The notes under the pieces are model-generated. The model saw only the letters and a list, made by a program, of their open reading frames with translations, made no database searches and was not told where the DNA came from. A stretch of DNA of 64,000 nt from an uncultured Candidatus Saccharibacteria bacterium (GTDB lineage: Bacteria > Patescibacteriota > Minisyncoccia > Minisyncoccales > Staskawiczbacteraceae): positions 211,987 through 275,986 of the forward strand of contig CAYZAV010000001.1 in the NCBI GenBank assembly GCA_964475855.1, read 5' to 3'. The position numbers and the translations under genes are program-made. This document shows positions 1 through 8,507 of the stretch, piece after piece. How positions within the stretch are numbered: position 1 is the stretch's first letter; every line of letters begins with the position of its first letter.

Positions 1-147
1 ATTTTGGGGGTCGCCTGGGCCATTGATTTTTTCTATCTCCCCGCCTTTTTTGCGGGAGTGGTCATTGGAGTTGCTGTGCAAGATATTTACGATTACAATG
101 ATTGGCACCAGGTACTGGTAAAAAACGAAGATTATAAAAAAAGATAA
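1..147 (+). CDS. 3' end of a CDS entering from upstream of the window (hydrophobic C-terminal fragment, product unknown)
   Basis: Frame 1 is open from nt 1 to TAA at 145-147 (ILGVAWAIDFFYLPAFFAGVVIGVAV...KKR*). A hairpin terminator follows. Confidence 0.4.
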   Translation: MLGVAWAIDFFYLPAFFAGVVIGVAVQDIYDYNDWHQVLVKNEDYKKR

Positions 148-150
148 CAA

Positions 151-172
151 ATGCCCCGTAAGGGGCATTTTT
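151..172 (+). terminator. Rho-independent terminator-like hairpin
   Basis: atgcccc-gtaa-ggggcat followed by TTTT, directly after the partial CDS. Confidence 0.5.
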
Positions 173-192
173 GGTGTATACTATTGGGTATT

Positions 193-277
193 GGAGAGGT
201 GCCGGAGCGGCTTAACGGAATAGTTTCGAAAACTATGGCCCGAAAGGGTCTCGTGGGTTCAAATCCCACCCTCTCCG
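193..277 (+). tRNA. tRNA-Ser(CGA)
   Basis: Acceptor GGAGAGG/CCTCTCC. Anticodon arm atagt-TTCGAAA-actat. Long variable arm. T-loop GGTTCAAATCC. Confidence 0.9.
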
Positions 278-279
278 CA
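267..279 (+). repeat. attL-like copy of 13-nt direct repeat (caccctctccgca), 3' end of tRNA-Ser(CGA)
   Basis: The identical 13-mer recurs at 4330-4342. Confidence 0.6.
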
Positions 280-323
280 GGATGTCCAAGTTCGAACCGA
301 GGTAGAATAAGGACATATTTATT

Positions 324-1094
324 ATGGAACCATTAACAACACTAGCAACAACGGGGACAGGACTAGCAATAGCAAACAAACTGCTTGGTAAAACAGCGGA
401 AACGATTTCTGATGATTTAGCAAAGCTCTATAAAACAGGGCGAGATAAAATCGTCAGCGTAGCTGTTCGTAAAACTCCAAATATGGAAGACGGGAAAATC
501 GCAAACCTGAGGGTTGCGAGAGATGTCTTTTTCAATGGATCATTTACGGATGAGGCTATATGTGCTGAATATTTTGGAGGAATTTTGGCATCATCACGAA
601 GTGTCGACGGCAAAGATGATGCTGGTGTTTTTTATACAGACATCATTAAATCTCTATCATCAAGTCAGCTCAAGTTGCATTACATTATTTATTACATACT
701 TAATAAACTTTGGCTTGAGATGCCAAAAGAAAAGACTAGGCCGAATGCTGGAATGGGTACAGAAACAGGGCAATACAATATTTGGTTTTCTACCATCGAA
801 CTTCAAAATTTAGGGGTTGATGTAGAAAAAGACCTAATTGCTCTACATAGTAAAGAGCTTATCGGCTCTAGCTATGAGGCTTTAGGACACAAACTTGAGG
901 ACGGCAAAGAGGTGCCTTATACAAAAGTTGGGCCTACCACACTTGGCATCCAACTCTACGCTGTCGCTCATAATAAATTACCTGTATGGAGAAATCTTCC
1001 CCTTGAAGATTTTGGTGTGTTTCCAGACATCAAGACACCGCACTTCTTTGGATTTTCTATTGATGATTTCCTTAAGAAAGGAAAATTAAAATAA
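324..1094 (+). CDS. Abi-alpha/DUF4393-like protein (putative abortive-infection family), first gene of the island operon
   Basis: 256-aa ORF. The N-terminal half follows the Abi-alpha pattern (LLGKTAE..., AEYFGGILASS, IIKSLSSSQLKLHYIIY). A 2-nt spacer separates it from the next gene. Family assignment is by eye only. Confidence 0.5.
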   Translation: MEPLTTLATTGTGLAIANKLLGKTAETISDDLAKLYKTGRDKIVSVAVRKTPNMEDGKIANLRVARDVFFNGSFTDEAICAEYFGGILASSRSVDGKDDAGVFYTDIIKSLSSSQLKLHYIIYYILNKLWLEMPKEKTRPNAGMGTETGQYNIWFSTIELQNLGVDVEKDLIALHSKELIGSSYEALGHKLEDGKEVPYTKVGPTTLGIQLYAVAHNKLPVWRNLPLEDFGVFPDIKTPHFFGFSIDDFLKKGKLK

Positions 1095-1096
1095 TT

Positions 1097-2290
1097 ATGG
1101 CGAACAAAAACCTTACAAATGCAAAAAAGGCAAAAAATGATGAGTTTTATACTCAATTTTCAGATATTCAAAAAGAAGTAGAATCTTATCTTGAGTATGA
1201 CCCAAATACTTTTAAAGGTAAGGTAGTTTACAGCAACTGTGATGACCCATTCGAGAGTAATTTCTTTCGCTACTTCGTCTTAAATTTTAATCGTTTAGGA
1301 CTAAAAAGACTTATTTCAACTAGTTATAAGCCCTCTCCAGTCGCAAACACTCAAATAACACTATTTGGCGATGATGTTACCCTTGAACCAGTCAAGGGGC
1401 GACCAAAAATCGTCGCTAATAAATTTATTATCAACGAAGTTGGTGATGTTGATGGCGATGGCTCTTTTACGCTAGAAGATATTGCGAAGCAACTTAGAAC
1501 TAATAAACACAACGAATGGACTCCTCTTGATAGTGATGGTGATTTTAGAAGTGCCGAATGTGTCGAGTTGCTCAAACAATCTGACATCGTAGTCACCAAT
1601 CCTCCATTTAGTTTATTTCGTGAATATATTACGCAACTTTTCGAACATAAAAAGCAATTTCTAATCATCGGTAATCTCAATGCAATAACCTATAAGGAAA
1701 TTTTTCCAATGATCAAAGAGAATAAGGTATGGCTCGGAAACAATGCAAGAGTTAATGGCGGTGCAATGTTCTACGAGATTCCAGAAGCTGTTGCAAACTT
1801 AGACCAAGTGCGTGAAATTAAGACTGACGAAAAAGGTAAAAAAGTATATATAACAAGAGTCCAAGGTGTACGTTGGTTTACAAACCTTGACCACGGACGA
1901 CTACACCAACCAATTCCCTTGATGACTCACGCCGACGTTTTAAAGTTCAATACAAATAAGCCATTCATACACTATGACAATTATGATGCTATTGAAATTG
2001 CTTTAGTAAAAAATATTCCGAAAGACTACAAAAGCGTTATGGGCGTGCCAATCAGTTTTTTAGATAAGTATTCACCCGAGCAATTTGAGATTTTAGGGAC
2101 AAGCGATAACGGCCTCGTAAATGATAAGTACAAGACATCACCTGGTTTAAAAAAACAATTTGTAGAAGATTATTACAAAGCTGGTGGCACCGGTGCCTAC
2201 AAAGAAGGCAATCCTACTGCTGGTTTTTACGAAGATGGCATTGCAAAAATGGCCTACAAGCGAATTTTTATTAAGCACAAAAAGAAATAA
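1097..2290 (+). CDS. N6-adenine DNA methyltransferase, EcoRI-methylase family
   Basis: N-terminal NDEFYTQ...[22 protein letters not shown] signature of the EcoRI_methylase family. Catalytic motif IV is [12 protein letters not shown]. Confidence 0.8.
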   Translation: MANKNLTNAKKAKNDEFYTQFSDIQKEVESYLEYDPNTFKGKVVYSNCDDPFESNFFRYFVLNFNRLGLKRLISTSYKPSPVANTQITLFGDDVTLEPVKGRPKIVANKFIINEVGDVDGDGSFTLEDIAKQLRTNKHNEWTPLDSDGDFRSAECVELLKQSDIVVTNPPFSLFREYITQLFEHKKQFLIIGNLNAITYKEIFPMIKENKVWLGNNARVNGGAMFYEIPEAVANLDQVREIKTDEKGKKVYITRVQGVRWFTNLDHGRLHQPIPLMTHADVLKFNTNKPFIHYDNYDAIEIALVKNIPKDYKSVMGVPISFLDKYSPEQFEILGTSDNGLVNDKYKTSPGLKKQFVEDYYKAGGTGAYKEGNPTAGFYEDGIAKMAYKRIFIKHKKK

Positions 2291-2291
2291 T

Positions 2292-3455
2292 ATGAAAACA
2301 ACCTTAAAAAATGATATCACTATTAAAGAAGTTTGCGACGGCTTTGTCTACAACGAACTCGAAGGAAAAGGTTTGTTTGGTCTATCTGGAAAATTAACTA
2401 TTCAGCCAGAGTATCAGCGTAATTACATTTACGCTGACGGCAAACGTGACGTTGCTGTAATTGACTCAATTTTGAAAGGTTACCCAATAGGTCTAATTTA
2501 TTTCAACCAAGTTGGTACTGACAAGTTTGAGGTGTTGGATGGTCAACAGCGCATCACGAGTATCGGTCGATTTATAACTGGTAAATTTGCCGTTAAAGAC
2601 AAGAATGGTCACGAACAGTATTACAGCGGTATGGCTATCAGCCAGCGCGAACAAATAATGAACGCTAAATTGTTAGTGTATTTGTGTAAAGGTGATGAGC
2701 CTGAGATCAAGGATTGGTTTAAGACTATCAACATCGCTGGTGTGCCATTAACTGAGCAAGAGATTCTTAACGCTGTATATTCTGGACCATTTGTCACTCG
2801 TGCCCGCGAAGAATTTAGTAATAGCCAAAATGCTAATGTCCATAAATGGAGCGCGTACATAGCTGGTGATATCAAACGCCAAGCATATTTGGAACGGGCT
2901 TTAGATTGGGTTTCTGGTGGTGCAATCGACAACTATATGAGCATGCATCGCAATGACAAAAATATTACCGAACTAAAAAAACATTTTGATACGGTGATTG
3001 ATTGGGTTTCAACTATCTTCATCGATGTTGAAAGCGAAATGAAGGGACTTGAGTGGAATAGGCTTTACGAAACTTACCATAAGAAAAAATATAACCCCTC
3101 TACTGTGTCCGCCTTGGTTCAGAGACTCTACGCCGACGGTTTCGTAAAAAGTCGCAAAGGTATTTTTGAATATGTTCTAGGTGGAGAAGTTGACACAAAG
3201 CTACTTGAAGTGCGAGTATTTGAGGATTCAACTAAGCGTTCAGTTTACGAAGCTCAAACTACTAACGCAAAGAAAAAAGGAATTTCAAACTGTCCGCACT
3301 GTGCAATAGGTCACGATGCAAACAAGGATAAAATTTGGAGTCTTGCAGATATGGACGCCGACCACGTATCAGCTTGGAGCAAAGGTGGCAAAACAATGCT
3401 TAATAATTGCGAGATGTTGTGTAAGACGCACAACCGAGCAAAAGGAAATCGGTAA
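2292..3455 (+). CDS. DUF262 (ParB-like/GmrSD N-terminal) domain protein with C-terminal HNH nuclease
   Basis: ATG at 2292 lies 1 nt after the MTase stop; the track ORF start at 2184 lies inside the MTase gene. DGQQR motif of DUF262. C-terminal CPHC...[12 protein letters not shown]...[15 protein letters not shown] is an HNH/His-Me finger. Confidence 0.8.
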   Translation: MKTTLKNDITIKEVCDGFVYNELEGKGLFGLSGKLTIQPEYQRNYIYADGKRDVAVIDSILKGYPIGLIYFNQVGTDKFEVLDGQQRITSIGRFITGKFAVKDKNGHEQYYSGMAISQREQIMNAKLLVYLCKGDEPEIKDWFKTINIAGVPLTEQEILNAVYSGPFVTRAREEFSNSQNANVHKWSAYIAGDIKRQAYLERALDWVSGGAIDNYMSMHRNDKNITELKKHFDTVIDWVSTIFIDVESEMKGLEWNRLYETYHKKKYNPSTVSALVQRLYADGFVKSRKGIFEYVLGGEVDTKLLEVRVFEDSTKRSVYEAQTTNAKKKGISNCPHCAIGHDANKDKIWSLADMDADHVSAWSKGGKTMLNNCEMLCKTHNRAKGNR

Positions 3456-3460
3456 AAATT

Positions 3461-4102
3461 ATGCCTATTAATGATTTTGGTAATTGGCTAAATAATAATC
3501 AAGGTGTTCTCTCGGTCATTCTTTTCGTGCTGACAATTATTTTGGCTTGGTTCGCGGGTTTTTTTAAATGGATAAGAAATGAAGTATCAAGAGGAAAAAG
3601 AGCAAGTAAAATCATCTGTGCTTGGAGTTTATTTCCAGATAAAGAAGATAATGAATTTTTTGAATATAAATTTGCTCCGCGATTTCAAAACAAAACAGAT
3701 GAAATTATCAAAGATTTTTGGATAAATTTTGCATCTTCTGGATTTGATCTCACATTAAACCAGACAGCGCAAATTTCTTTATTTGATGGTTGGAATGTAA
3801 GGGGTGATGCCCTACATCTAACATCAAAGGACAGCTATAAGTTTGCCCCTCAAAATTTTCTTGAACCATTTGAAATTGTTATTAAGCTAAGGAAAAAATT
3901 ACCTGAACATGGAGCATGGCTTTATATTTCTTATGGAATTCCAAATTCTAAAAAGATTGAACTAAATTATTGTCTAACATATAAAGAACTAAAGATATTC
4001 GTTGACAGTAGTGAGCATTCAGGGCAGAAGTTTCTTAAATATATGGGAGTAACAACTAATAGCTTTTGGAAAACAAAATTTTTTAGACTATTTTCAAACT
4101 AG
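3461..4102 (+). CDS. N-terminally membrane-anchored protein of unknown function (last gene of the island operon)
   Basis: 213-aa ORF starting 5 nt after the previous stop. One N-terminal TM helix (VLSVILFVLTIILAWFAGFF). No recognisable motif. Confidence 0.6.
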   Translation: MPINDFGNWLNNNQGVLSVILFVLTIILAWFAGFFKWIRNEVSRGKRASKIICAWSLFPDKEDNEFFEYKFAPRFQNKTDEIIKDFWINFASSGFDLTLNQTAQISLFDGWNVRGDALHLTSKDSYKFAPQNFLEPFEIVIKLRKKLPEHGAWLYISYGIPNSKKIELNYCLTYKELKIFVDSSEHSGQKFLKYMGVTTNSFWKTKFFRLFSN

Positions 4103-4329
4103 GAAATAGGAACCACGCCTGCGAGTCCTTTTATTCCCTCGCGTACGGGATGTGTGGCACGCTAGGGTATAGATTTAAATCGAATAATCTACCTCATTCT
4201 TACCCTTAACTAGCTTTGGTCTAGGCACCTCAAACCATTCAGGGTGAACTTTGTATATAGCTCTTAGTTTCTGTATACTTTTATCAAGATCCTCGAATTT
4301 GAGCCGTGCTTTTAGTTAAAAGTTCCGGA

Positions 4330-4342
4330 CACCCTCTCCGCA
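4330..4342 (+). repeat. attR-like copy of the tRNA-Ser 3' end (caccctctccgca)
   Basis: Exact 13/13 match to 267-279. It lies 1 nt from the recQ stop codon. Confidence 0.6.
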
Positions 4343-4343
4343 C

Positions 4344-5831
4344 CTACTTTCCATGTTCCCGGATAATCGCCATGAATTGCTGGCCGAATTGGGCCAGTTT
4401 TTGGTTGCCGACGCCGTAGATTTCTAAAAATGCCGTGTCTGTTTTTGGAAAATGCGTGGCCATCTGCACCAATGCTTTGTCGCCAAACACTACATAGGGT
4501 GGGACATGCAGTCGCTGGGCTTCTTGTGTCCTAATCACCCGCAGTTTTTCAAATAATAATTTGTCGTAACTGGTGTCATTGGCGGTGACTACAAATACTG
4601 GCGGCACCGGAATGTAGGTTCCGCTTTTTACGGTTGGCGCTGGCGAAAGTTTTACGCACCGGTCGCAGTTGGCGCAGTTTTGTAGTGCGTAATCTTCATT
4701 GAAATAGTTCAGCAAAAATTTGCGCCGGCAGCTGTATAAATCGCCATATTGCAACACTTTTTCCAAATTTTCGCGTGATTTTTCCCGCTCGTCATCATCG
4801 CGGATATGCTGGAAAAAATATTCTTGCTTAAATTTGTCACCGTAGGAAAAAAACAATACGCAACGGGCGGGAAGCCCATCACGTCCGGCACGGCCTGTTT
4901 CCTGGTAATACCCCTCAATGGATTTTGGCAGGCTGTGGTGGATGACCAGGCGCACGTCGGGCTTATCAATTCCCATGCCAAAAGCGATGGTGGCAACCAT
5001 AATGGAAGCTTGGTCTTTAATAAATTTCTCCTGGTTTTCTCTACGCGTTTTTGCGGGTAGGCCTGCGTGGTAGGCAACTGCGTCAAATCCGCGCCGCTCT
5101 AAATGTTCCACTAATTGCTCCGTATCATTGCGCGAAAAACAATAAATAATAGCGCTTTTATTTTTGTGTTCTGAAAGTAGTGCCACAATGCCCGCCAGCG
5201 AATCTTTTTTGGGTACTACTTCATAACTTAAATTAGGCCGGTTAAAACTGGAAATAAACAGTTCGTGTGCGCCAAGGCCTAGCTGTTTGACGATATCCTG
5301 GCGTACATCTTGCGTGGCTGTGGCGGTCAGCGCAATCAGTGGAATGTTGGGGAATTGCTGTTTAAGTATGGATAAATTGCGATAATCCGGCCGGAAATCG
5401 TGCCCCCACTGGGAAATGCAGTGTGCCTCGTCAATAGCAATGATGTTTATTTTCAGACTATGCAAAAAATCCCAAAATCCCGGCACCGCCAGGCGTTCGG
5501 GGGCAATATATAGTAATTTCAGCCCGCCCGAAGCGGCGCGCTCCATCACGGCCGTAATTTGCTTAGGGGTAAGGGTACTATTGACCAGATCCGCCGCAAT
5601 CCCGTTGGCCGCCAAGGCATCCACTTGGTCTTTCATTAACGAAATAAGGGGAGAAATAACAATGGCTAGACCCGGCAACATTAACGCCGGCAATTGGAAA
5701 CACAGCGATTTTCCACCACCCGTGGGCATCAATACTACGCAATCGCGGCCCAAGGCGACTTGTTGGATGATTTCTTTTTGCAGCGGCCGAAAGGTTTCAT
5801 ACCCGAAATGTTTTTTCAGTAATGTTTCCAT
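4344..5831 (-). CDS. recQ: ATP-dependent DNA helicase RecQ
   Basis: FRPLQKEII, MPTGGGKSLCFQLPA (motif I), DEAHCISQWGHDFRPDY (motif II), C-terminal HRDC-like region. Confidence 0.92.
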   Translation of the reverse strand: METLLKKHFGYETFRPLQKEIIQQVALGRDCVVLMPTGGGKSLCFQLPALMLPGLAIVISPLISLMKDQVDALAANGIAADLVNSTLTPKQITAVMERAASGGLKLLYIAPERLAVPGFWDFLHSLKINIIAIDEAHCISQWGHDFRPDYRNLSILKQQFPNIPLIALTATATQDVRQDIVKQLGLGAHELFISSFNRPNLSYEVVPKKDSLAGIVALLSEHKNKSAIIYCFSRNDTEQLVEHLERRGFDAVAYHAGLPAKTRRENQEKFIKDQASIMVATIAFGMGIDKPDVRLVIHHSLPKSIEGYYQETGRAGRDGLPARCVLFFSYGDKFKQEYFFQHIRDDDEREKSRENLEKVLQYGDLYSCRRKFLLNYFNEDYALQNCANCDRCVKLSPAPTVKSGTYIPVPPVFVVTANDTSYDKLLFEKLRVIRTQEAQRLHVPPYVVFGDKALVQMATHFPKTDTAFLEIYGVGNQKLAQFGQQFMAIIREHGK

Positions 5832-5906
5832 ATGTGCATTCTACCCCATATTAGAGTTGCCGGAAATCTTGATTATCTGCGCCGATTGTTGTATTGTTAA
5901 CGCCAT

Positions 5907-6299
5907 ATGATGGGTTTTTTGAATAAAAGCGCAAATCAAGCTAAATTTTTAGCTGGCACGCTACCAACCCCGCCGCCCGATGGTTTTTATCACGGAACAG
6001 CGGCAGGACGGGAATTTTCCTGGAAAGGCAAGGAATTTACTGCAGCAACGGCAACCGGAATCAATGTATTCAAAAACACCAAAAACTATCCGTTTAAAAC
6101 ATATCTAGGCAAAGGCGCGCTGGACAAGCAGACAGATGTGCTAAAAATCGATTACAACCTGCTCGAAAATCCCTGGTATGTCCGCCTTATTCTGGACGAA
6201 ATTGTACAAGTCAACGATAATGAATATTTGGGAAAAATGTTGATAAAAATAATTCCTGGGTATCCGTTTGCATTGGGATATTTCACGCTTAAAAAGTAG
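5907..6299 (+). CDS. Hypothetical protein (possibly GXWXG/DUF4334-like)
   Basis: 130-aa ORF divergent from recQ. The C-terminal pattern (LDEIVQVNDNEYLGKM) weakly recalls DUF4334. Confidence 0.5.
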   Translation: MMGFLNKSANQAKFLAGTLPTPPPDGFYHGTAAGREFSWKGKEFTAATATGINVFKNTKNYPFKTYLGKGALDKQTDVLKIDYNLLENPWYVRLILDEIVQVNDNEYLGKMLIKIIPGYPFALGYFTLKK

Positions 6300-6301
6300 T
6301 T

Positions 6302-7039
6302 ATGAAAAAAGCCTTAGTCATTTTTGCCACTATTACTATGATAATATTAGGTGCCGGGGCATATGTGTTTTTTACATACCGCCAAACTGCCCAGAACCAG
6401 CAACCAGCAGAGCAACAAGCGCAAGAGATAATAGTAGAAGACAAAAAAATCACTGAAGAGCAAAATCCGCTTTCCATTGAAGTTTCCCACCCGTTCATTG
6501 CCGGAGCCGACGGATTTAACGCCAAAGTTGGCGCGCTCATTAATGCTGAAATAAAAAACTTCAAAGAAATGTCGCTTGAAAACGACGCCGCGGTAAAAGA
6601 AACAGATCCGCAAAGTTACGCTCAATACCCACGTGAGTATGACTTAAAAATTTCGTACGAGACCGGAGAAGTCAGCGAAAAAATTGTTAGTATTCTGTTT
6701 AGCGTGTACAGTTTCACCGGTGGCGCTCATGGCAACGGATATTTTACAGCCGTAAATTACAATATAAAAGAAAATAAAGAAATCGTGTTGGCAGATATGT
6801 TCCCAGGGCAATCAAATTACCTGAAAAAAGTGTCAGATTATTGTCTAACCGATTTAACTCGCCAAATGACTGAACGAATGGGTAGCCCAGAAAGCGGCTG
6901 GCTCCAAGACGGCGCCGGACCAAACCCGGAAAACTACCAAGCATTTTTGATAAAACCCGAAAGCATTACGTTTTACTTCGCTCCCTACCAAGTAGCAGCT
7001 TACGCGGCCGGGGATTTTAAGGTAGCAATGCCACGGTAG
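6302..7039 (+). CDS. DUF3298/DUF4163 domain protein, membrane anchored
   Basis: N-terminal TM helix. YSFTGGAHGNGY and ...FYFAPYQVAAYAAG motifs are typical of DUF3298. Confidence 0.7.
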   Translation: MKKALVIFATITMIILGAGAYVFFTYRQTAQNQQPAEQQAQEIIVEDKKITEEQNPLSIEVSHPFIAGADGFNAKVGALINAEIKNFKEMSLENDAAVKETDPQSYAQYPREYDLKISYETGEVSEKIVSILFSVYSFTGGAHGNGYFTAVNYNIKENKEIVLADMFPGQSNYLKKVSDYCLTDLTRQMTERMGSPESGWLQDGAGPNPENYQAFLIKPESITFYFAPYQVAAYAAGDFKVAMPR

Positions 7040-7063
7040 CGCGTACCTAGTACAACTTAACAC

Positions 7064-7135
7064 GTCCCCATAGTTCAACGGATAGAATGCGAGCTTGCGG
7101 AGTTCGCGATAGAGGTTCGATTCCTCTTGGGGACA
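7064..7135 (+). tRNA. tRNA-Arg(GCG)
   Basis: Acceptor GTCCCCA/TGGGGAC. Anticodon arm cgagc-TTGCGGA-gttcg. T-arm agagg-TTCGATT-cctct. Confidence 0.8.
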
Positions 7136-7171
7136 CACATAAAATATGCGCAGCGTATTTTTGGTTTCCCC

Positions 7172-7186
7172 GAGGAATCGAACCTC
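7172..7186 (-). repeat. Inverted copy of the tRNA-Arg T-arm (gaggttcgattcctc), tRNA fragment
   Basis: The reverse complement of 7172-7186 equals 7112-7126. No complete cloverleaf could be built around it. Confidence 0.5.
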
Positions 7187-7286
7187 AAAGGGGGTCGGGG
7201 AAAAGTATTTTCCCCGTGTAGGAATATTTCAAAACCGAGGGTTTTGAAGGAGCGAGTCGTCGGACAGCGGTGAGCGACTGGTTTGC

Positions 7287-7305
7287 ATTCCTCTTGGGGG
7301 CACAC
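7287..7305 (+). repeat. Direct partial copy of the tRNA-Arg(GCG) 3' end (attcctcttgggg + cacac)
   Basis: 13 identical nt match 7120-7132, then gcacac versus acacac. The 5' half of the T-stem is missing, so this is a fragment. Confidence 0.55.
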
Positions 7306-7333
7306 TTCGACTTCGTGAAACGAAGGTGAAGTA

Positions 7334-7352
7334 CCCTGAGCTTGTCGAAGGG
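7334..7352 (+). repeat. Dispersed repeat core ccctgagcttgtcgaaggg (intergenic copy)
   Basis: The exact 19-mer is also at 51268-51286 inside infB. Diverged copies lie at 15106-15125 (recG) and, reverse-oriented, about 10992-11010 (nrdA). Confidence 0.8.
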
Positions 7353-7441
7353 CTTTCCTTAAATATTTTCGGAAATTCTTCAATGAGTTCAGGGTCTTCG
7401 TTTCACTCCGCTCAGTGTAAACACACAATCTTTTCTAAGCC

Positions 7442-7513
7442 GCTTCCATAGTTTAATGGATAAAATGCTGGCCTCCGAAGCTGGCGATGCAGGTTCGATT
7501 CCTGCTGGGAGCA
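7442..7513 (+). tRNA. tRNA-Arg(CCG)
   Basis: Acceptor GCTTCCA/TGGGAGC with one G-U pair. Anticodon arm ctggc-CTCCGAA-gctgg. T-arm gcagg-TTCGATT-cctgc. Confidence 0.8.
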
Positions 7514-7797
7514 CACACTGGGAGTTTTCGTCTGAAAACTCCTCAAAAAGGCTTGAAATAGAGCTAATTTCGTCAGTTCGACACTAAAATTTAAAAAAAG
7601 GGGTGGTTTTTATTACAAAAAGCCTTAAACAAGGGTAAGAATATCATCTAACCAATGTGGACTAGGCATGGATTTTTATTTTTTATATTATGATTTAGAT
7701 AGTCATTAATTCAAAGCTATATTAAAATTAAATTGACTTTTCGTGATTCTGTGTTAATCTCAATTTAGCCCATTACCAAGCAAAAAGGAGAAAAACT

Positions 7798-8163
7798 ATG
7801 TCAGAATCTACAAAGCATGAATTATTGGAGATATCAAATGGTTATGAGGGATTGCCCAAAGAGGGAGATTTTGTGGAAAATGGGAAAGAGTATTATTGGA
7901 ATTTTGTCGATACTGTAGTAGGAACTGTAGTCGATAGAGTTGATCGAGGATTTAACTCAGACATGGGCGGATATTATGGATCGAGAGTACATGTAAAAGC
8001 TGTAGAAGAGCAGATGATGCCCAGGGGTAGAGCTGTAAAATGGGAAATTCTTGATGGTCATCAAGAAGCGATGAAGGGCGATCCCAATCCAAACTATGGG
8101 AAGCTAGACAGCGATACGTCCATGCCAAATTATGAGACATATCGCAAGATGTATCGTGAATAA
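7798..8163 (+). CDS. Hypothetical protein (orphan)
   Basis: 121-aa ORF with RBS aaaaggag 7 nt upstream and its own terminator at 8171-8201. Confidence 0.6.
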   Translation: MSESTKHELLEISNGYEGLPKEGDFVENGKEYYWNFVDTVVGTVVDRVDRGFNSDMGGYYGSRVHVKAVEEQMMPRGRAVKWEILDGHQEAMKGDPNPNYGKLDSDTSMPNYETYRKMYRE

Positions 8164-8170
8164 ATCAATA

Positions 8171-8201
8171 AAAGCCCGACCGAAAGGTTTAGGGCTTTTT
8201 T
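8171..8201 (+). terminator. Rho-independent terminator
   Basis: agccc-N14-gggct followed by a T6 run. Confidence 0.6.
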
Positions 8202-8396
8202 CTTGTCTTCAAGTGATTGATTTTTGATGTCCAAAAATTCTATATTGAGACATTAGCCAGCGATTTCTGCAGTAACGGGCTGGATTGGTAATAGTCCCAA
8301 AATTTCGCCAGGTAATTTTTGAAGTTTAATATTTTACCTGTCGTGTGCATATCTTGTAAAAACCCTACTTTTGCGGGGTTTTTTGTTTCTAAATAG

Positions 8397-8405
8397 TTAT
8401 CCACA
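8397..8405 (+). promoter_or_regulatory. Perfect DnaA-box 9-mer TTATCCACA upstream of nrdA
   Basis: Exact consensus 103 nt upstream of the nrdA ATG and about 50 nt upstream of a TTGCAC...TAAAAT promoter-like pair. Confidence 0.45.
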
Positions 8406-8507
8406 GCTTCTCCCATTTTTAGCATTTTCCCTGGATAAAAAACCAATTTGCACGCATAAAATTAAAAGAGTAAAATGACAATTACCAATAAATAAAAAGT
8501 AAAAAAT

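Noticed and set aside
151-336. 61-aa ORF spanning the tRNA-Ser(CGA) gene
   Set aside because: It is read straight through a terminator hairpin and a canonical tRNA gene.
4190-4215. 12-mer aagggtaagaat shared (inverted) between the island tail and 7625-7640
   Set aside because: Many 12-mer coincidences are expected in all-versus-all comparison of 64 kb on both strands, so it is not significant.
6854-7428. Minus-strand ORFs (94 and 117 aa) across the tRNA-Arg region, containing the peptide LRQAQGTS
   Set aside because: They overlap a tRNA gene, tRNA fragments and the dispersed repeat. The peptide is simply the translated repeat.
8240-8446. 68-aa minus-strand ORF upstream of nrdA
   Set aside because: It runs through a strong terminator-like hairpin (8358-8384) and the DnaA box and promoter region. 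It has no RBS and no motif.
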